Positions 8,871 to 18,378 are shown, counted from the first letter of the stretch. The stretch: 64,000 bases of DNA from Parcubacteria group bacterium (GCA_016186325.1 JACPLW010000012.1:18644-82643); one strand, 5' to 3'. Program-made: numbers and translations. The notes: a model not told the origin generated them from the letters alone.

Positions 8871-10697
8871 TTTTAAATTATAAACAAAAATTGAATACCC
8901 AATTTTTACTACCGGCTTATACTGGTCAAGCCACGTATAAGAGCGTTCATTGTAAGAACAGGGGATTTTGTCGGCTTTGCAGGCGCCGCTGTAAATTGTC
9001 GCTGAAACTGCGAGCCACCCGGTTTGCGGCGCTTCGCGGTTGTAAGATTCAATCTTAACATTTTTAATATAATACTCCGCCGGAGCGCCGGAAAAATAAT
9101 CCATCTTAATTTCTTTGATATTATTTTTTTCTATAAAATCCGCTAGGCGCAAAATATCTTGCCCCCAATCTAAATTTGAATCAACAACCCATTTATGGCC
9201 ATTATTCGGTCCGCCGGCAATCTCGTTAAAGTAAGCAAGAAATGACGGATAAATAAAAAACACCGACAGAATCGCCCACGCGAAAAAAACTAAAATAACG
9301 AAGCTCCTCTTTATTCTTTTCCAATATAGACCGAATAGTTGCCAAAACCCGGAATAATTAGGAATTCTTTCGGTTATTCCTCCCTTAATCCAATTAGTAA
9401 TTTGACGCGCCGTGAGAGCGTAAATAAAAGGCAGTGTCGGCAGAATATGGCGTACGCCGATATTTAGCCGCGAATTTATTGAAAAAGCCCAATAAACTAT
9501 AATAATGGAAATCATTCCCGTTTCCACGGGGTTATTTTTTATTAAATCAATAAAATCCCGCCACCAGTGTTTTACCGATCGTTCACGGCAATGTCGAAAG
9601 CAGTGGTTTAACGCTAAAAGTAATCCAAAAACAACCATTAAAATATAAGCGAGCGGTTCTTTAATCAGATAAACGACGGGAAAATACGAGCGCGCTCCTT
9701 CCGCTGAAACTTCGCCAAGATAATAAGTCGTATTACCTCCTTCAGAACGCTGTAAAACCATCAAAAATCCTAAGAGATAGTGGCCCCAAGCTCTTAAATA
9801 TTGATTTGATGAAAGCCAAATATTAAAATCAGCAAGTGGCTTAATACCGAATGTGCTTAGTATAAATGTTGTGTCAACGGTTTGTTTTGAAGGCGGGTAA
9901 TTATAAATATGGAAGGCGTACACGGCGCCCACAAGTAAGAAAGATATAATCAAAGCAAAAATAAAACCTCCGACATACTTTTTTATCCAAAACCATTTTT
10001 TGTTTTGAATAAAAGCGTAAATTAAAGCAATCAACCCAAAAATCGGCATTAAAAGAAAGGTTGAAAATTTTGTAAGAAGCGCCAAACCAAGAACAACCCC
10101 GAAAACCCACAGATTTCTTTTTGTCGGCGTTTTAAGCCAGTGATATAAATAGTAAAAACTGATGAAAAACGCGGCTGCGGCGGCAACATCGGTGGTCACA
10201 AGCCGCGTATGCGCCAAAACGGTAGGGGAGAGAGAATAAAAGGCTAAAGCGATAATGCCGGCTAAATTACCCCACAATTCTTTGGTAAATCGCCAAATAT
10301 AAAATCCTAAAAGTAGCCCTATTAAAATTATAGGAATCCTCCCGTATCTCATCATTTTTTGCGCGTCGTTTCCGGAGTAATACAATAGATCGTTGCCAAA
10401 AGTAACATCTGTCTGCCAAGCCGGCGTTCTATTGATGTCCGACATCAATAGTGTGTTCCAGCCGGGACTTTGGTATGGAAATTTGATGTTTAAAAGTAAA
10501 AGCGGCAAGGCCGACAAATCTTTTACGAGAGGCGGATGTTCCGGATTTAGGCGCATATCTTGTTGCGTCAAATAAGAATAACCCGCCGGCAAGTGGATTC
10601 TTTCATCGTAATTGGCATTGTCATTCCACATGCTGGTTACGGCCAGCGCAGCAAAAACCACTAAAAGAATAAAAGCAATAATGTTGACAATTTTCAT
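8868..10697 (-). CDS. glycosyltransferase family 39 (PMT/ArnT-like) polytopic membrane protein
   Basis: 609 aa from ATG at 10697 (ORF-track N-terminal extension to 10844 overlaps tRNA-Leu on opposite strand and is rejected); 'DERIHLPAGYSYL' DE-motif after first TM, >10 TM, soluble C-terminal domain. Confidence 0.7.
   Translation of the reverse strand: MKIVNIIAFILLVVFAALAVTSMWNDNANYDERIHLPAGYSYLTQQDMRLNPEHPPLVKDLSALPLLLLNIKFPYQSPGWNTLLMSDINRTPAWQTDVTFGNDLLYYSGNDAQKMMRYGRIPIILIGLLLGFYIWRFTKELWGNLAGIIALAFYSLSPTVLAHTRLVTTDVAAAAAFFISFYYLYHWLKTPTKRNLWVFGVVLGLALLTKFSTFLLMPIFGLIALIYAFIQNKKWFWIKKYVGGFIFALIISFLLVGAVYAFHIYNYPPSKQTVDTTFILSTFGIKPLADFNIWLSSNQYLRAWGHYLLGFLMVLQRSEGGNTTYYLGEVSAEGARSYFPVVYLIKEPLAYILMVVFGLLLALNHCFRHCRERSVKHWWRDFIDLIKNNPVETGMISIIIVYWAFSINSRLNIGVRHILPTLPFIYALTARQITNWIKGGITERIPNYSGFWQLFGLYWKRIKRSFVILVFFAWAILSVFFIYPSFLAYFNEIAGGPNNGHKWVVDSNLDWGQDILRLADFIEKNNIKEIKMDYFSGAPAEYYIKNVKIESYNREAPQTGWLAVSATIYSGACKADKIPCSYNERSYTWLDQYKPVVKIGYSIFVYNLK
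10429..10451. repeat. 23-bp perfect palindrome CTATTGATGTC-C-GACATCAATAG inside GT39 gene, encodes 'LLMSDINR' in frame
   Basis: Read directly; same palindrome core recurs twice in the second GT39 gene at 12161-12213. Confidence 0.8.
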
Positions 10698-10712
10698 AAA
10701 ATATGATAAATT
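10684..10712 (+). promoter_or_regulatory. promoter of tRNA cluster: TTGACA-N17-TAAATT
   Basis: TTGACA 10684-10689, TAAATT 10707-10712, 11 nt upstream of tRNA-Leu. Confidence 0.55.
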
Positions 10713-10723
10713 AATAATGAGGT

Positions 10724-10808
10724 GCCGGCGTGGCGAAATGGCAGACGCGCTCCGCTTAAGATGGAGTGGGCAACTCCCGTGTCGGTTCAAGTCCGACCGC
10801 CGGTACCA
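10724..10808 (+). tRNA. tRNA-Leu (anticodon TAA), long variable arm, CCA encoded
   Basis: Acceptor GCCGGCG/CGCCGGT, anticodon loop CU-UAA-GA, T-arm GTCGGTTCAAGTCCGAC, 3' ACCA; folded by hand. Confidence 0.85.
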
Positions 10809-10829
10809 ATCTTTAAAAAACCAAGTGGC

Positions 10830-10904
10830 GCCGCCGTGACGCAATGGTAGCGTAGCGGCCTTTTAAGCCGAGAGTTGGAGGTTCAAGTCCTCCCGGCGGC
10901 ACCA
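10830..10904 (+). tRNA. tRNA-Lys (anticodon TTT), CCA encoded
   Basis: Acceptor GCCGCCG/CGGCGGC, anticodon loop CU-UUU-AA, T-arm GGAGGTTCAAGTCCTCC. Confidence 0.8.
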
Positions 10905-10916
10905 TCTTCGAATAGT

Positions 10917-10991
10917 GGGCCCGTAGCTCAACGGTAGAGCAGCCGGCTCATAACCGGTAGAGCGGAGGTTCAAATCCTCCCGGGCCCACCA
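10917..10991 (+). tRNA. tRNA-Met (anticodon CAT; elongator or tRNA-Ile2, not initiator)
   Basis: Acceptor GGGCCCG/CGGGCCC with paired 1:72, anticodon loop CU-CAU-AA, no GGG/CCC in anticodon stem, T-arm GGAGGTTCAAATCCTCC. Confidence 0.8.
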
Positions 10992-11023
10992 CTCCTTCGC
11001 TCAATGAGCTGCGGAGTGCAAGC

Positions 11024-11060
11024 ACCCCCCAACGCGAATGCGGTGGGGGACTTTATTTTT
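11024..11060 (+). terminator. intrinsic terminator after tRNA cluster (CCCCCCAACGC gaat GCGGTGGGGG + TTTATTTTT)
   Basis: Hairpin plus T-rich tract read directly. Confidence 0.7.
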
Positions 11061-12684
11061 ATGGAACTATTAAAATCGGGGTGTTTAAATAAATAAATTC
11101 AATTTTACCTTCCGATAATTTTTTATTTAATTCGTGAAGAAACGTTAAATCAAAATAAAGGGGAACAATAACGACATTATTTCTCTCTAATTTTATTTTA
11201 TCAACCCCGTTAGAAGTCGACAAGTCGTCAGACGCTGTCGGCGTCTTACTTCTAACGGGGTCAAATTCATCTGCTTTTACATAATTTACATTAGATTTTC
11301 CATAACTAAGAAAATATACCGTTTGCGCTGAAACTGGTAATCCGTTGCTTGTCTCTTTATCATCAGCGTGCCAAATAACATATTTAAAAACACTGTCCGG
11401 CAAACTATTTAAGTAGTTTGCGATTTCAATCTGGCCTTTGGAAAAAGCATCGGCAGTGCGAATATTTGAAGCCCACCTGATAAAATATTTGTTATATTCC
11501 GCGAATCCTATAAATAATAAAAAAACGATTAGCAATACAAAAATCTTTTTTTTAGTTCTTAAAAGCTGATGGTGATTCAAATATTTTTGGATTTTTTCCC
11601 AAACCCAAACTAATCCGATACCGGCAAAAACCATTGCCGCCGGCATAGAGCCTAAAGCTCGCAAAGCGTGAGGGTTGCCCTCGGTTGATAAAACATTTGG
11701 TAAAAGAAAAATCAAAAGCCATGCCAAAAGGAATTTTTCACCAAACCCCAAACGCTTAACACTAATACAGAATCCTATAAGAAACAGAATACCGACCAGC
11801 CAAAATAATTGCGGCGAACCGGCAAAATTATGCCGCCAGTTCAGGTCGCCGACAATATTAAACATTCCTATGGTTGCCACAGTGCTTATGGCCGCTGATT
11901 TGAGAGGACTATCTGCCGAAAAAATTGAAACTTGGCCGCTTCTTCCAAAAAAATCGCCCGGATTATTCAGAAAGTAAATTCCTATTGGCAGAGCAACAAT
12001 AAAAGCCGTAATCGTGAAAATCGCAAATCCCGGCCACATATTTTTTGCTCGGTGTTTTGTAAGATAAAGTATAAAAAATACCGCGGCTAAAACGGGCGCA
12101 AAGCGATATGAAATATAGGTATAAAACCCAAGACCAAACAAAGCTCCCGCTAAAACCAACATAATTATCGATGTCCGACATCGATAATTATTGATGTCCG
12201 ACATCGATAATTTAAATCCGCGTATTAAAAAATAGAAAGACCAGATTAAAAATGGCAGCATCAGGCCGGCGCGAAAACCCATACGGCTGAAATTTACGGC
12301 CCAAAAACCAACGGCCATAAAAAAACTTGAGGCCAGCGCTATTTCAACGCTAAATAGCAACTTAGTTAGAAAAAATAGCCCCAAAACTGCTAAAACGCCC
12401 GCTATAGCAGGGAATAGTCTTAGAACCCAGGATTCTATGCCAAAAAATTTTATTGCTAAAGCGTCAAGCCATATTATCATTCCTTCGCGGCCATTGTTAT
12501 TGGTATAAAAAACCTTAAATTCCCCGGTTTTAAGCGACAATAAGGCGTCGGCGCCATTCATCGCCTCATCTTGATAAAGGCCCGGCGGTATAACGTCAAA
12601 TTGCCAGAATCTGAAAAAAACCGCGATAGCGATAATTAACAATAAAATCGCCGCGTGCCTATGTTTATAAAATAATTTTGTCAT
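11059..12684 (-). CDS. glycosyltransferase family 39/83 (ArnT/PMT-like) polytopic membrane protein, paralog of 8868-10697
   Basis: 541 aa; 'YQDEAMNGADAL' after first TM, many TM helices; carries three in-frame repeat insertions (see repeats). Confidence 0.7.
   Translation of the reverse strand: MTKLFYKHRHAAILLLIIAIAVFFRFWQFDVIPPGLYQDEAMNGADALLSLKTGEFKVFYTNNNGREGMIIWLDALAIKFFGIESWVLRLFPAIAGVLAVLGLFFLTKLLFSVEIALASSFFMAVGFWAVNFSRMGFRAGLMLPFLIWSFYFLIRGFKLSMSDINNYRCRTSIIMLVLAGALFGLGFYTYISYRFAPVLAAVFFILYLTKHRAKNMWPGFAIFTITAFIVALPIGIYFLNNPGDFFGRSGQVSIFSADSPLKSAAISTVATIGMFNIVGDLNWRHNFAGSPQLFWLVGILFLIGFCISVKRLGFGEKFLLAWLLIFLLPNVLSTEGNPHALRALGSMPAAMVFAGIGLVWVWEKIQKYLNHHQLLRTKKKIFVLLIVFLLFIGFAEYNKYFIRWASNIRTADAFSKGQIEIANYLNSLPDSVFKYVIWHADDKETSNGLPVSAQTVYFLSYGKSNVNYVKADEFDPVRSKTPTASDDLSTSNGVDKIKLERNNVVIVPLYFDLTFLHELNKKLSEGKIEFIYLNTPILIVP
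11206..11260. repeat. 55-bp GC-rich palindromic element with CCCCGTTAGAAGT/ACTTCTAACGGGG termini, in frame in GT39 gene (encodes 'PVRSKTPTASDDLSTSNGV')
   Basis: Near-identical to tandem copies at 24924-25041; flanked by TCAA direct repeat. Confidence 0.8.
12161..12213. repeat. tandem 23-bp duplication of palindrome ATCGATGTCCGACATCGAT inside GT39 gene (encodes 'SMSDINNYRCRTSIIM')
   Basis: Units 12161-12183 and 12184-12206 differ at one base; period 23. Confidence 0.8.
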
Positions 12685-12713
12685 AATATGAGATGCTGGT
12701 ATAATGTTAACAT

Positions 12714-12911
12714 ATGAATACTGAACAAGAAAAACAACATGCCCCGGAAATCGAAGCTTTGGTCCAAATTGCTTTTGATAAGGGCATTGCCAAAGCTATT
12801 GAAGAGGCGAAAGCCAAAAATGATCCGCATCTCTTTGATGACTTTCACGACGCTTTGATTGACCGCTTTTATCAGAAGCTGGTTGAAGCGGGGAAAATAA
12901 CTAATAATTAA
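12714..12911 (+). CDS. hypothetical small protein (65 aa)
   Basis: ORF with TGgTATAAT extended -10 immediately upstream; no recognisable domain. Confidence 0.4.
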   Translation: MNTEQEKQHAPEIEALVQIAFDKGIAKAIEEAKAKNDPHLFDDFHDALIDRFYQKLVEAGKITNN

Positions 12912-12942
12912 CAGCTGGTAGTTTTATAGCTTACGGAATAAA

Positions 12943-15363
12943 ATGCTTTACTTATTTTTATTATTTATTTTCACAATCACCTTAATTTTGTGGCTGATTT
13001 GGTTTGTATGGAACAGAGCCTGGCAAAAGGGCATGATTTTTAGTTCATTAAACTATGTTTTGCTTGAAGTGCGCCTCCCAAAAATAATAGAAACTATTGA
13101 CAGCGCGAAAGAAAAAGAAAAATTGGCCGTAATGGAGCAATTCTATAATTCTTTAAACGCCATTCTGCCGCGAAAAAAAGGCTTTCTAAAGCCGAGGCCT
13201 TATTTGGTTTTTGAAATCGCGGTGCCGGAAAACGGCGAAGAAATCTTTTTTCACTTGGCAGTTCCCAAAAAATTCCTAAACACGATTCAAAGACAGCTTC
13301 AAGGATTCTTCCCGGAAGCAGAAATTAATGCCGTAAACGATTACAACATTTTTAACCGCAATGGGAAAAGCGTAGGATCAATCCTTAGGTTAAAACGGAA
13401 TTACGTTTTACCGTTTCAAACCTACAAAAAACTGGAAACCAGCACTTTGGGATTAATCACCAACGCCATTTCTCTGCTTGAGGCGAAAGGCGAGGGGGTT
13501 GCGATTCAAATTTTAGTGAGGCCGACAAGCGCTTCTTCAAAAAGCGATGCCTCAAAAATCATAAAACATTTATATTCCGGAAAACACCTGGACTCCGCTA
13601 TAGGCGAGTTGGATGACCCTCTCTCGTTTATAGACGCTATAAGAAATTTTTTTAATATAAAAAATTCCAAAGAAAAAGAAAAAAAACAAATACCGGAATC
13701 TCAAACTCCTTTAACGCCTCTTGCCAAGGATTTGATTGACGCCGTAGACAGCAAGGCAAAGCAACAGCTATTTGAAACTAATATCCGAGTTTTGGCGTCA
13801 GCCGAAACTGAAGAACGGGCCTTGCAGATTCTGTCAAACATAGAAAGCGCCTTTGCTCAATTTGAGGCGCCGGATTTAAATTATTTTTACAGTTACCGGC
13901 CCCAAAAAAATATATTAAAAAAATTAATTTATAACTTTTCATTCCGTTTATTCAACCCTCCGGAAACCGATTGGCTTTCCGGCGAGGAGTTAACCAGCGT
14001 ATTTCATCTGCCGATTGTAAAAATCGAAACTCCAAAAGTGAGGTTTCTTAAATCAAAAGCCGCGCCTCCGCCGGCAATTTTGCCGTCTGCCGGAGTAACT
14101 TTGGGCAAAAATGAATTCAGAGGCCAGGAGACGCTTATCAAATTAAGCCCGCTCGATAGAAGACGGCATTTATACGTTATCGGCCAGACCGGCACCGGCA
14201 AAAGCTATCTGTTAAGAAACCTCATCAAGCAAGACATCGACAGCGGTGCCGGCGTTGGCATAATCGACCCGCATGGCGATTTAGTAGAAGCAATTTTGGG
14301 GCTCGTGCCGCAATCGCGTCTTAATGATGTTATCCTGTTTGATCCTGCTGATACGGAATGGCCGATAGGTTTAAATCTTCTTGAAGCGTCTACGGCAACA
14401 GAAAAAGATTTCGCGATTCAGGAAATTATTGCCATTTTCCAAAAGCTTTTTTTGGCAGAACACCTGGGCCCTATTTTTGAACATTCAATGAGAAACGCGA
14501 TGCTTACTTTGATGGCCGATGGAGAAAATCCGGGCACTTTGGTTGATATCCCCAGAATTTTTACAGATCCGATTTTTGTCCGCCAGCTTCTTATAAAAGT
14601 AACCGATCCGTTGGTTCGCGATTACTGGGAAAAAGAAATGCTTAAAATGACGGAACAATATAAATCAGAGATGCTGGGATACTTAATTTCCAAAATCGGC
14701 CGTTTTGTTGAAAATTCAATGATGAGAAATATTATCGGCCAAACCCGGTCGGGTATTGATTTTGATGACGTGATAAATAACGGTAAAATTCTCCTGATTA
14801 ACCTTTCCAAAGGAAGATTGGGAGAAATAAATAGCGCGCTTTTGGGACTCATCATCACCGCCAAACTTCAAATGGCAGCATTTAAACGTGCCGAAGAAAA
14901 GAATGAGGAGATGAGGCGCGACTTCTACCTTTATATGGACGAATTCCAAAATTTCGCGACCGATTCTATTGCCACCACTCTTTCGGAAGCTCGAAAATAT
15001 CGCTTAAACCTTATTTTGGCGCATCAGTTCATTGCCCAGCTTACGGAAAAAATCCGCGATTCCGTATTTGGAAACGTAGGTTCAACCGTGTCTTTTCGAA
15101 TCGGACCCGATGACGCCAAATTTTTGGTCAAACAATTTGAGCCGGTATTTAACGAGTCAGATTTAATAAATATTGATAACCGCCATGCTTATGCCAAACT
15201 TCTTATCGGCGGCGCCACGACCACTCCCTTCAACTTTACAACCGAAACTGTCAAAGAAGGAAGTTTAGACGAAGCCGAGAAACTTAGGGAATTAAACCGG
15301 CAAAAATATGCCCGGCCTAGAACGGAAGTTGAAGAAATTATAAATAAGCGATTTAAACAATAG
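12943..15363 (+). CDS. VirD4/TraG/TraD-like type IV coupling-protein family ATPase (DUF87/TraM-recognition type)
   Basis: 806 aa; N-terminal TM, Walker A 'VIGQTGTGKSYLL', 'IIDPHGDL', Walker B 'FYLYMDEFQNF'. Confidence 0.6.
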   Translation: MLYLFLLFIFTITLILWLIWFVWNRAWQKGMIFSSLNYVLLEVRLPKIIETIDSAKEKEKLAVMEQFYNSLNAILPRKKGFLKPRPYLVFEIAVPENGEEIFFHLAVPKKFLNTIQRQLQGFFPEAEINAVNDYNIFNRNGKSVGSILRLKRNYVLPFQTYKKLETSTLGLITNAISLLEAKGEGVAIQILVRPTSASSKSDASKIIKHLYSGKHLDSAIGELDDPLSFIDAIRNFFNIKNSKEKEKKQIPESQTPLTPLAKDLIDAVDSKAKQQLFETNIRVLASAETEERALQILSNIESAFAQFEAPDLNYFYSYRPQKNILKKLIYNFSFRLFNPPETDWLSGEELTSVFHLPIVKIETPKVRFLKSKAAPPPAILPSAGVTLGKNEFRGQETLIKLSPLDRRRHLYVIGQTGTGKSYLLRNLIKQDIDSGAGVGIIDPHGDLVEAILGLVPQSRLNDVILFDPADTEWPIGLNLLEASTATEKDFAIQEIIAIFQKLFLAEHLGPIFEHSMRNAMLTLMADGENPGTLVDIPRIFTDPIFVRQLLIKVTDPLVRDYWEKEMLKMTEQYKSEMLGYLISKIGRFVENSMMRNIIGQTRSGIDFDDVINNGKILLINLSKGRLGEINSALLGLIITAKLQMAAFKRAEEKNEEMRRDFYLYMDEFQNFATDSIATTLSEARKYRLNLILAHQFIAQLTEKIRDSVFGNVGSTVSFRIGPDDAKFLVKQFEPVFNESDLINIDNRHAYAKLLIGGATTTPFNFTTETVKEGSLDEAEKLRELNRQKYARPRTEVEEIINKRFKQ

Positions 15364-15365
15364 AA

Positions 15366-16001
15366 ATGTTTTTTTCAAAAAAAGACTTTTGGTTAGCGGT
15401 TTTAGCCGGTGAAATTGTTGCCTGGCTCTCTTTACCAACTTTAAAAAATCTAAAAATTTTAGGCCTTCTTGCGGAGCGAGGAATTGGTTTAACCGGTTTT
15501 GTTTTTTTCTGGGCGATATTTATTCCGCTCTGTGCCATTGCCGGACTTGGCGCGTTTTATTTTTTAGCAAAATACAAAGAGCGGGTTGGTTTTTTTCAAC
15601 TTGGGAAATACGGCGTGATTGGGGTTTTAAACACTTTTCTTAACGCCGGAGTTTATAACCTTTTAATATTTATTACCGATACTTCAACCGGCATTACGGT
15701 TGATTTGTTTTTTGTGGCCGCCTTTATTGTCACCGTTATAAATAGTTTTATTTGGAACAAATACTGGTCATTTGAAGAACGGGGAACGGAAACAATTGCA
15801 AGTGAGGCATTAAGATTTTTTAGTGTTTCTGCCACCGTGGCGGTTATAAATATTGCCATTCTTCATGTGATTATAAACATTATTGGCACGCCAGCCGGAC
15901 TAGACTCCAAAATTTGGGCTAATATAGCGCTCGCTTTCACAATTGTTACGGCCTTCTTCGGCAACTTTTTCGGCTATAAATTCATCGTTTTTAAAAAATA
16001 A
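15366..16001 (+). CDS. GtrA-family membrane protein
   Basis: 211 aa, 4-6 TM; C-terminal half 'KYGVIGVLNTFLNAGVYNLLIF...SFIWNKYWSFEE...FGYKFIVFKK' resembles GtrA family. Confidence 0.55.
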   Translation: MFFSKKDFWLAVLAGEIVAWLSLPTLKNLKILGLLAERGIGLTGFVFFWAIFIPLCAIAGLGAFYFLAKYKERVGFFQLGKYGVIGVLNTFLNAGVYNLLIFITDTSTGITVDLFFVAAFIVTVINSFIWNKYWSFEERGTETIASEALRFFSVSATVAVINIAILHVIINIIGTPAGLDSKIWANIALAFTIVTAFFGNFFGYKFIVFKK

Positions 16002-16013
16002 CCCTAATAACCC

Positions 16014-17123
16014 TTGAACCAATCTTCTGATTTTTATAACCTCGGAATTGCGCCTAATATTTTAGAGGTGCTTAATAAACTTAACTTCAAGATTCCCACG
16101 CCTATCCAGGAAAAATCAATCCCCCTTGCAATAGAGGGAAAAGACATGATAGGTATTGCCCAAACAGGTACCGGGAAAACACTTGCTTTTGGCGTGCCAA
16201 TGATTCAAGCGGCCCTGCGCGGCAAAGAGGGACTCGTTGTACTGCCAACGCGAGAGCTGGCCTTCCAAGTAAATGAGGTCTTTCAAAAAATTGGGTTGCA
16301 TCTTGGTGTACGAACGGCAGTTTTAATCGGCGGCGAGTCAATCAACCGCCAGATTCAATCACTTCGCAAAAACCCGCAAATCGTAATCGGCACTCCGGGA
16401 CGGATTATTGACCATCTGGAACAAAAAACAATTTCGCTTGGATCGGTCGCTGTTTTGGTGTTAGACGAGGCAGACCGGATGCTTGATATGGGTTTTGCGC
16501 CGCAATTGAAACAGATACTTCAAACATTGCCGCAAAATCGGCAAACCATGCTTTTTTCGGCGACAATGCCCCAGGATATTTTTACTATAGCGCGAGCATA
16601 CATGAAACTTCCTGTTCGCGTTGAAGTGGCTCCGTCAGGCACTCCACCGGCAAAAATCACCCAAGAGCTTTTCTTTTTAGAGAAACAGGATAAACCGCGG
16701 CTTCTTAAAAAAATTCTTGATGAATATCGCGGATCAATACTGGTATTCGCACGCACAAAACACGGCGCCAGGAAAATTACGCAAGGTATTCGAACGCTTG
16801 GCCATACCGTGGCCGAAATTCATTCCAATAGATCGCTAAACCAACGCAGAGAGGCACTTAATGGATTTAGGAATGGGAAATATAGGATTCTTATCGCTAC
16901 CGACATTGCCGCCCGCGGCATAGATGTGAAGGGGATTGAACTTGTTTTAAACTATGACCTTCCTCAACATCCCGAAAATTATGTCCATCGCATCGGACGG
17001 ACCGGACGAGTAGGCGGCATCGGACATGCCATATCTTTCGCCACTCCAGATCAGAAAAATGACGTGAGGGGAATTGAGCGTCTCATTCGCGCAACACTGC
17101 CTGTCTCCAAACGCTACTCGTAA
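16014..17123 (+). CDS. DEAD-box ATP-dependent RNA helicase
   Basis: 369 aa; Q-motif 'FKIPTPIQ', 'AQTGTGKT', 'PTRELA', 'DEAD', 'SAT', 'ARGID', 'HRIGRTGR'. Confidence 0.9.
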   Translation: MNQSSDFYNLGIAPNILEVLNKLNFKIPTPIQEKSIPLAIEGKDMIGIAQTGTGKTLAFGVPMIQAALRGKEGLVVLPTRELAFQVNEVFQKIGLHLGVRTAVLIGGESINRQIQSLRKNPQIVIGTPGRIIDHLEQKTISLGSVAVLVLDEADRMLDMGFAPQLKQILQTLPQNRQTMLFSATMPQDIFTIARAYMKLPVRVEVAPSGTPPAKITQELFFLEKQDKPRLLKKILDEYRGSILVFARTKHGARKITQGIRTLGHTVAEIHSNRSLNQRREALNGFRNGKYRILIATDIAARGIDVKGIELVLNYDLPQHPENYVHRIGRTGRVGGIGHAISFATPDQKNDVRGIERLIRATLPVSKRYS

Positions 17124-17344
17124 GCAAACCTTAAATTGCCATCTTTGTTCAATCGAAAAAATAAGGTAATCGTAACCTTATTTTTATTTTTAAAAACTAA
17201 GCGAGAATTTCCAGCCAAGTTGGCTTTTTTACTGACAAACTTAACAATGCCTTCTTCTTTTGCCAGAACGAGACGTTTTGCTTCTACATCCAGTTTTTGA
17301 TTTAGCTCTTTTAGAGAAACGGGTAGAAACTTAGGTTTGTTCAT
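17114..17344 (-). CDS. hypothetical small protein (76 aa)
   Basis: ORF convergent with helicase; no recognisable domain. Confidence 0.35.
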   Translation of the reverse strand: MNKPKFLPVSLKELNQKLDVEAKRLVLAKEEGIVKFVSKKANLAGNSRLVFKNKNKVTITLFFRLNKDGNLRFAYE

Positions 17345-17399
17345 ATTGAAGCAATTTTACCACGCATTCATTAATAAAACAATTCCAAGGGCCTAATTT

Positions 17400-18362
17400 T
17401 TATTTCTTATTCTTAATGTCATTTAGGATCTTTTCTATATTTTTTATGCTTTTTTGGTCATTGATAGAGATCGCTATTGCATGAGGATCTATTTTTTTAA
17501 GCGCCAGTAATTTTTTATCAAGTTCTTCTGGTGTTACCAGGTCGCTCTTGGTAAGAAAAATGCGTTCTGGTTTTTTAAGAAGGGCCTTGTTCCAGGCGCC
17601 TAATTCTTTGCGGATTACCCTGTAGTCTTTTAAAGGAGCGGGGGATTCTGCTCTAATAAAATGGAAAAGAATATGTGTTCGCTCAATATGGCGCAGAAAC
17701 TTGATACCCAAGCCCCGGCCACTTGATGATCCCTCTATTAGCCCCGGAATATCCGCTAAGATAAGTTCGTAATATGCGCCTAAACTGGGTTCAAGCGTAG
17801 TAAATGGATAATTTGCTACTTTGCTTCTGGCATTAGTAAGCTTATTGAGCAGGCTTGATTTGCCGACATTTGGAAGCCCTATAAAACCGATATCGGCAAT
17901 GAACTTAAGCTCGAATCTGAACGCAAAACTCTCTCCCGGCGTACCCGGTTGAAATTGTGTCGGTGAAGTGTTGGTTGAAGAACGAAAATAAAAATTACCG
18001 TTTCCTCCAATTCCGCCTTTCGCGAGGATAATCCGCTCGCCGATCTTTTTAAAGTTAATTTCTTTGCCGCTTGTAAGATTGTGGGCCACGGTTCCTACCG
18101 GAAGTTTTAGGATGAGATCGCTTCCGTCGCGACCAACGCGAAATTGGTCACGGCCGGGACTGCCGTTTTCCGCGGAAAATTCTTTTTTAAAACGAAATTG
18201 CTGGAGCGCGGTAAGATCGGAGACGCCCATGCCCAAGACACTGCCGCCTTTACCGCCTCTGCCGCCAACCGGTCCCAAATTCATCTTATTTTTATTAAAC
18301 GCCACGGCGCCCTTCCCGCCATGTCCGGCGTTTATTTTTATTTCAACGTCATCAATAAGCAT
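17400..18362 (-). CDS. obg: GTPase Obg/CgtA
   Basis: 320 aa; Gly-rich Obg fold 'GGKGGSVLGMG...GGIGGNGN', G-domain 'GLPNVGKSSL', 'DIPGLIEG'. Confidence 0.95.
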   Translation of the reverse strand: MLIDDVEIKINAGHGGKGAVAFNKNKMNLGPVGGRGGKGGSVLGMGVSDLTALQQFRFKKEFSAENGSPGRDQFRVGRDGSDLILKLPVGTVAHNLTSGKEINFKKIGERIILAKGGIGGNGNFYFRSSTNTSPTQFQPGTPGESFAFRFELKFIADIGFIGLPNVGKSSLLNKLTNARSKVANYPFTTLEPSLGAYYELILADIPGLIEGSSSGRGLGIKFLRHIERTHILFHFIRAESPAPLKDYRVIRKELGAWNKALLKKPERIFLTKSDLVTPEELDKKLLALKKIDPHAIAISINDQKSIKNIEKILNDIKNKK

Positions 18363-18378
18363 TGATTTTAAATTCTAC

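Noticed and set aside
10698-10844. N-terminal 49-aa extension of the GT39 ORF (MRHGGATWFF...)
   Set aside because: It overlaps tRNA-Leu and the tRNA promoter on the opposite strand. The internal ATG at 10697 gives a normal TM-first start.
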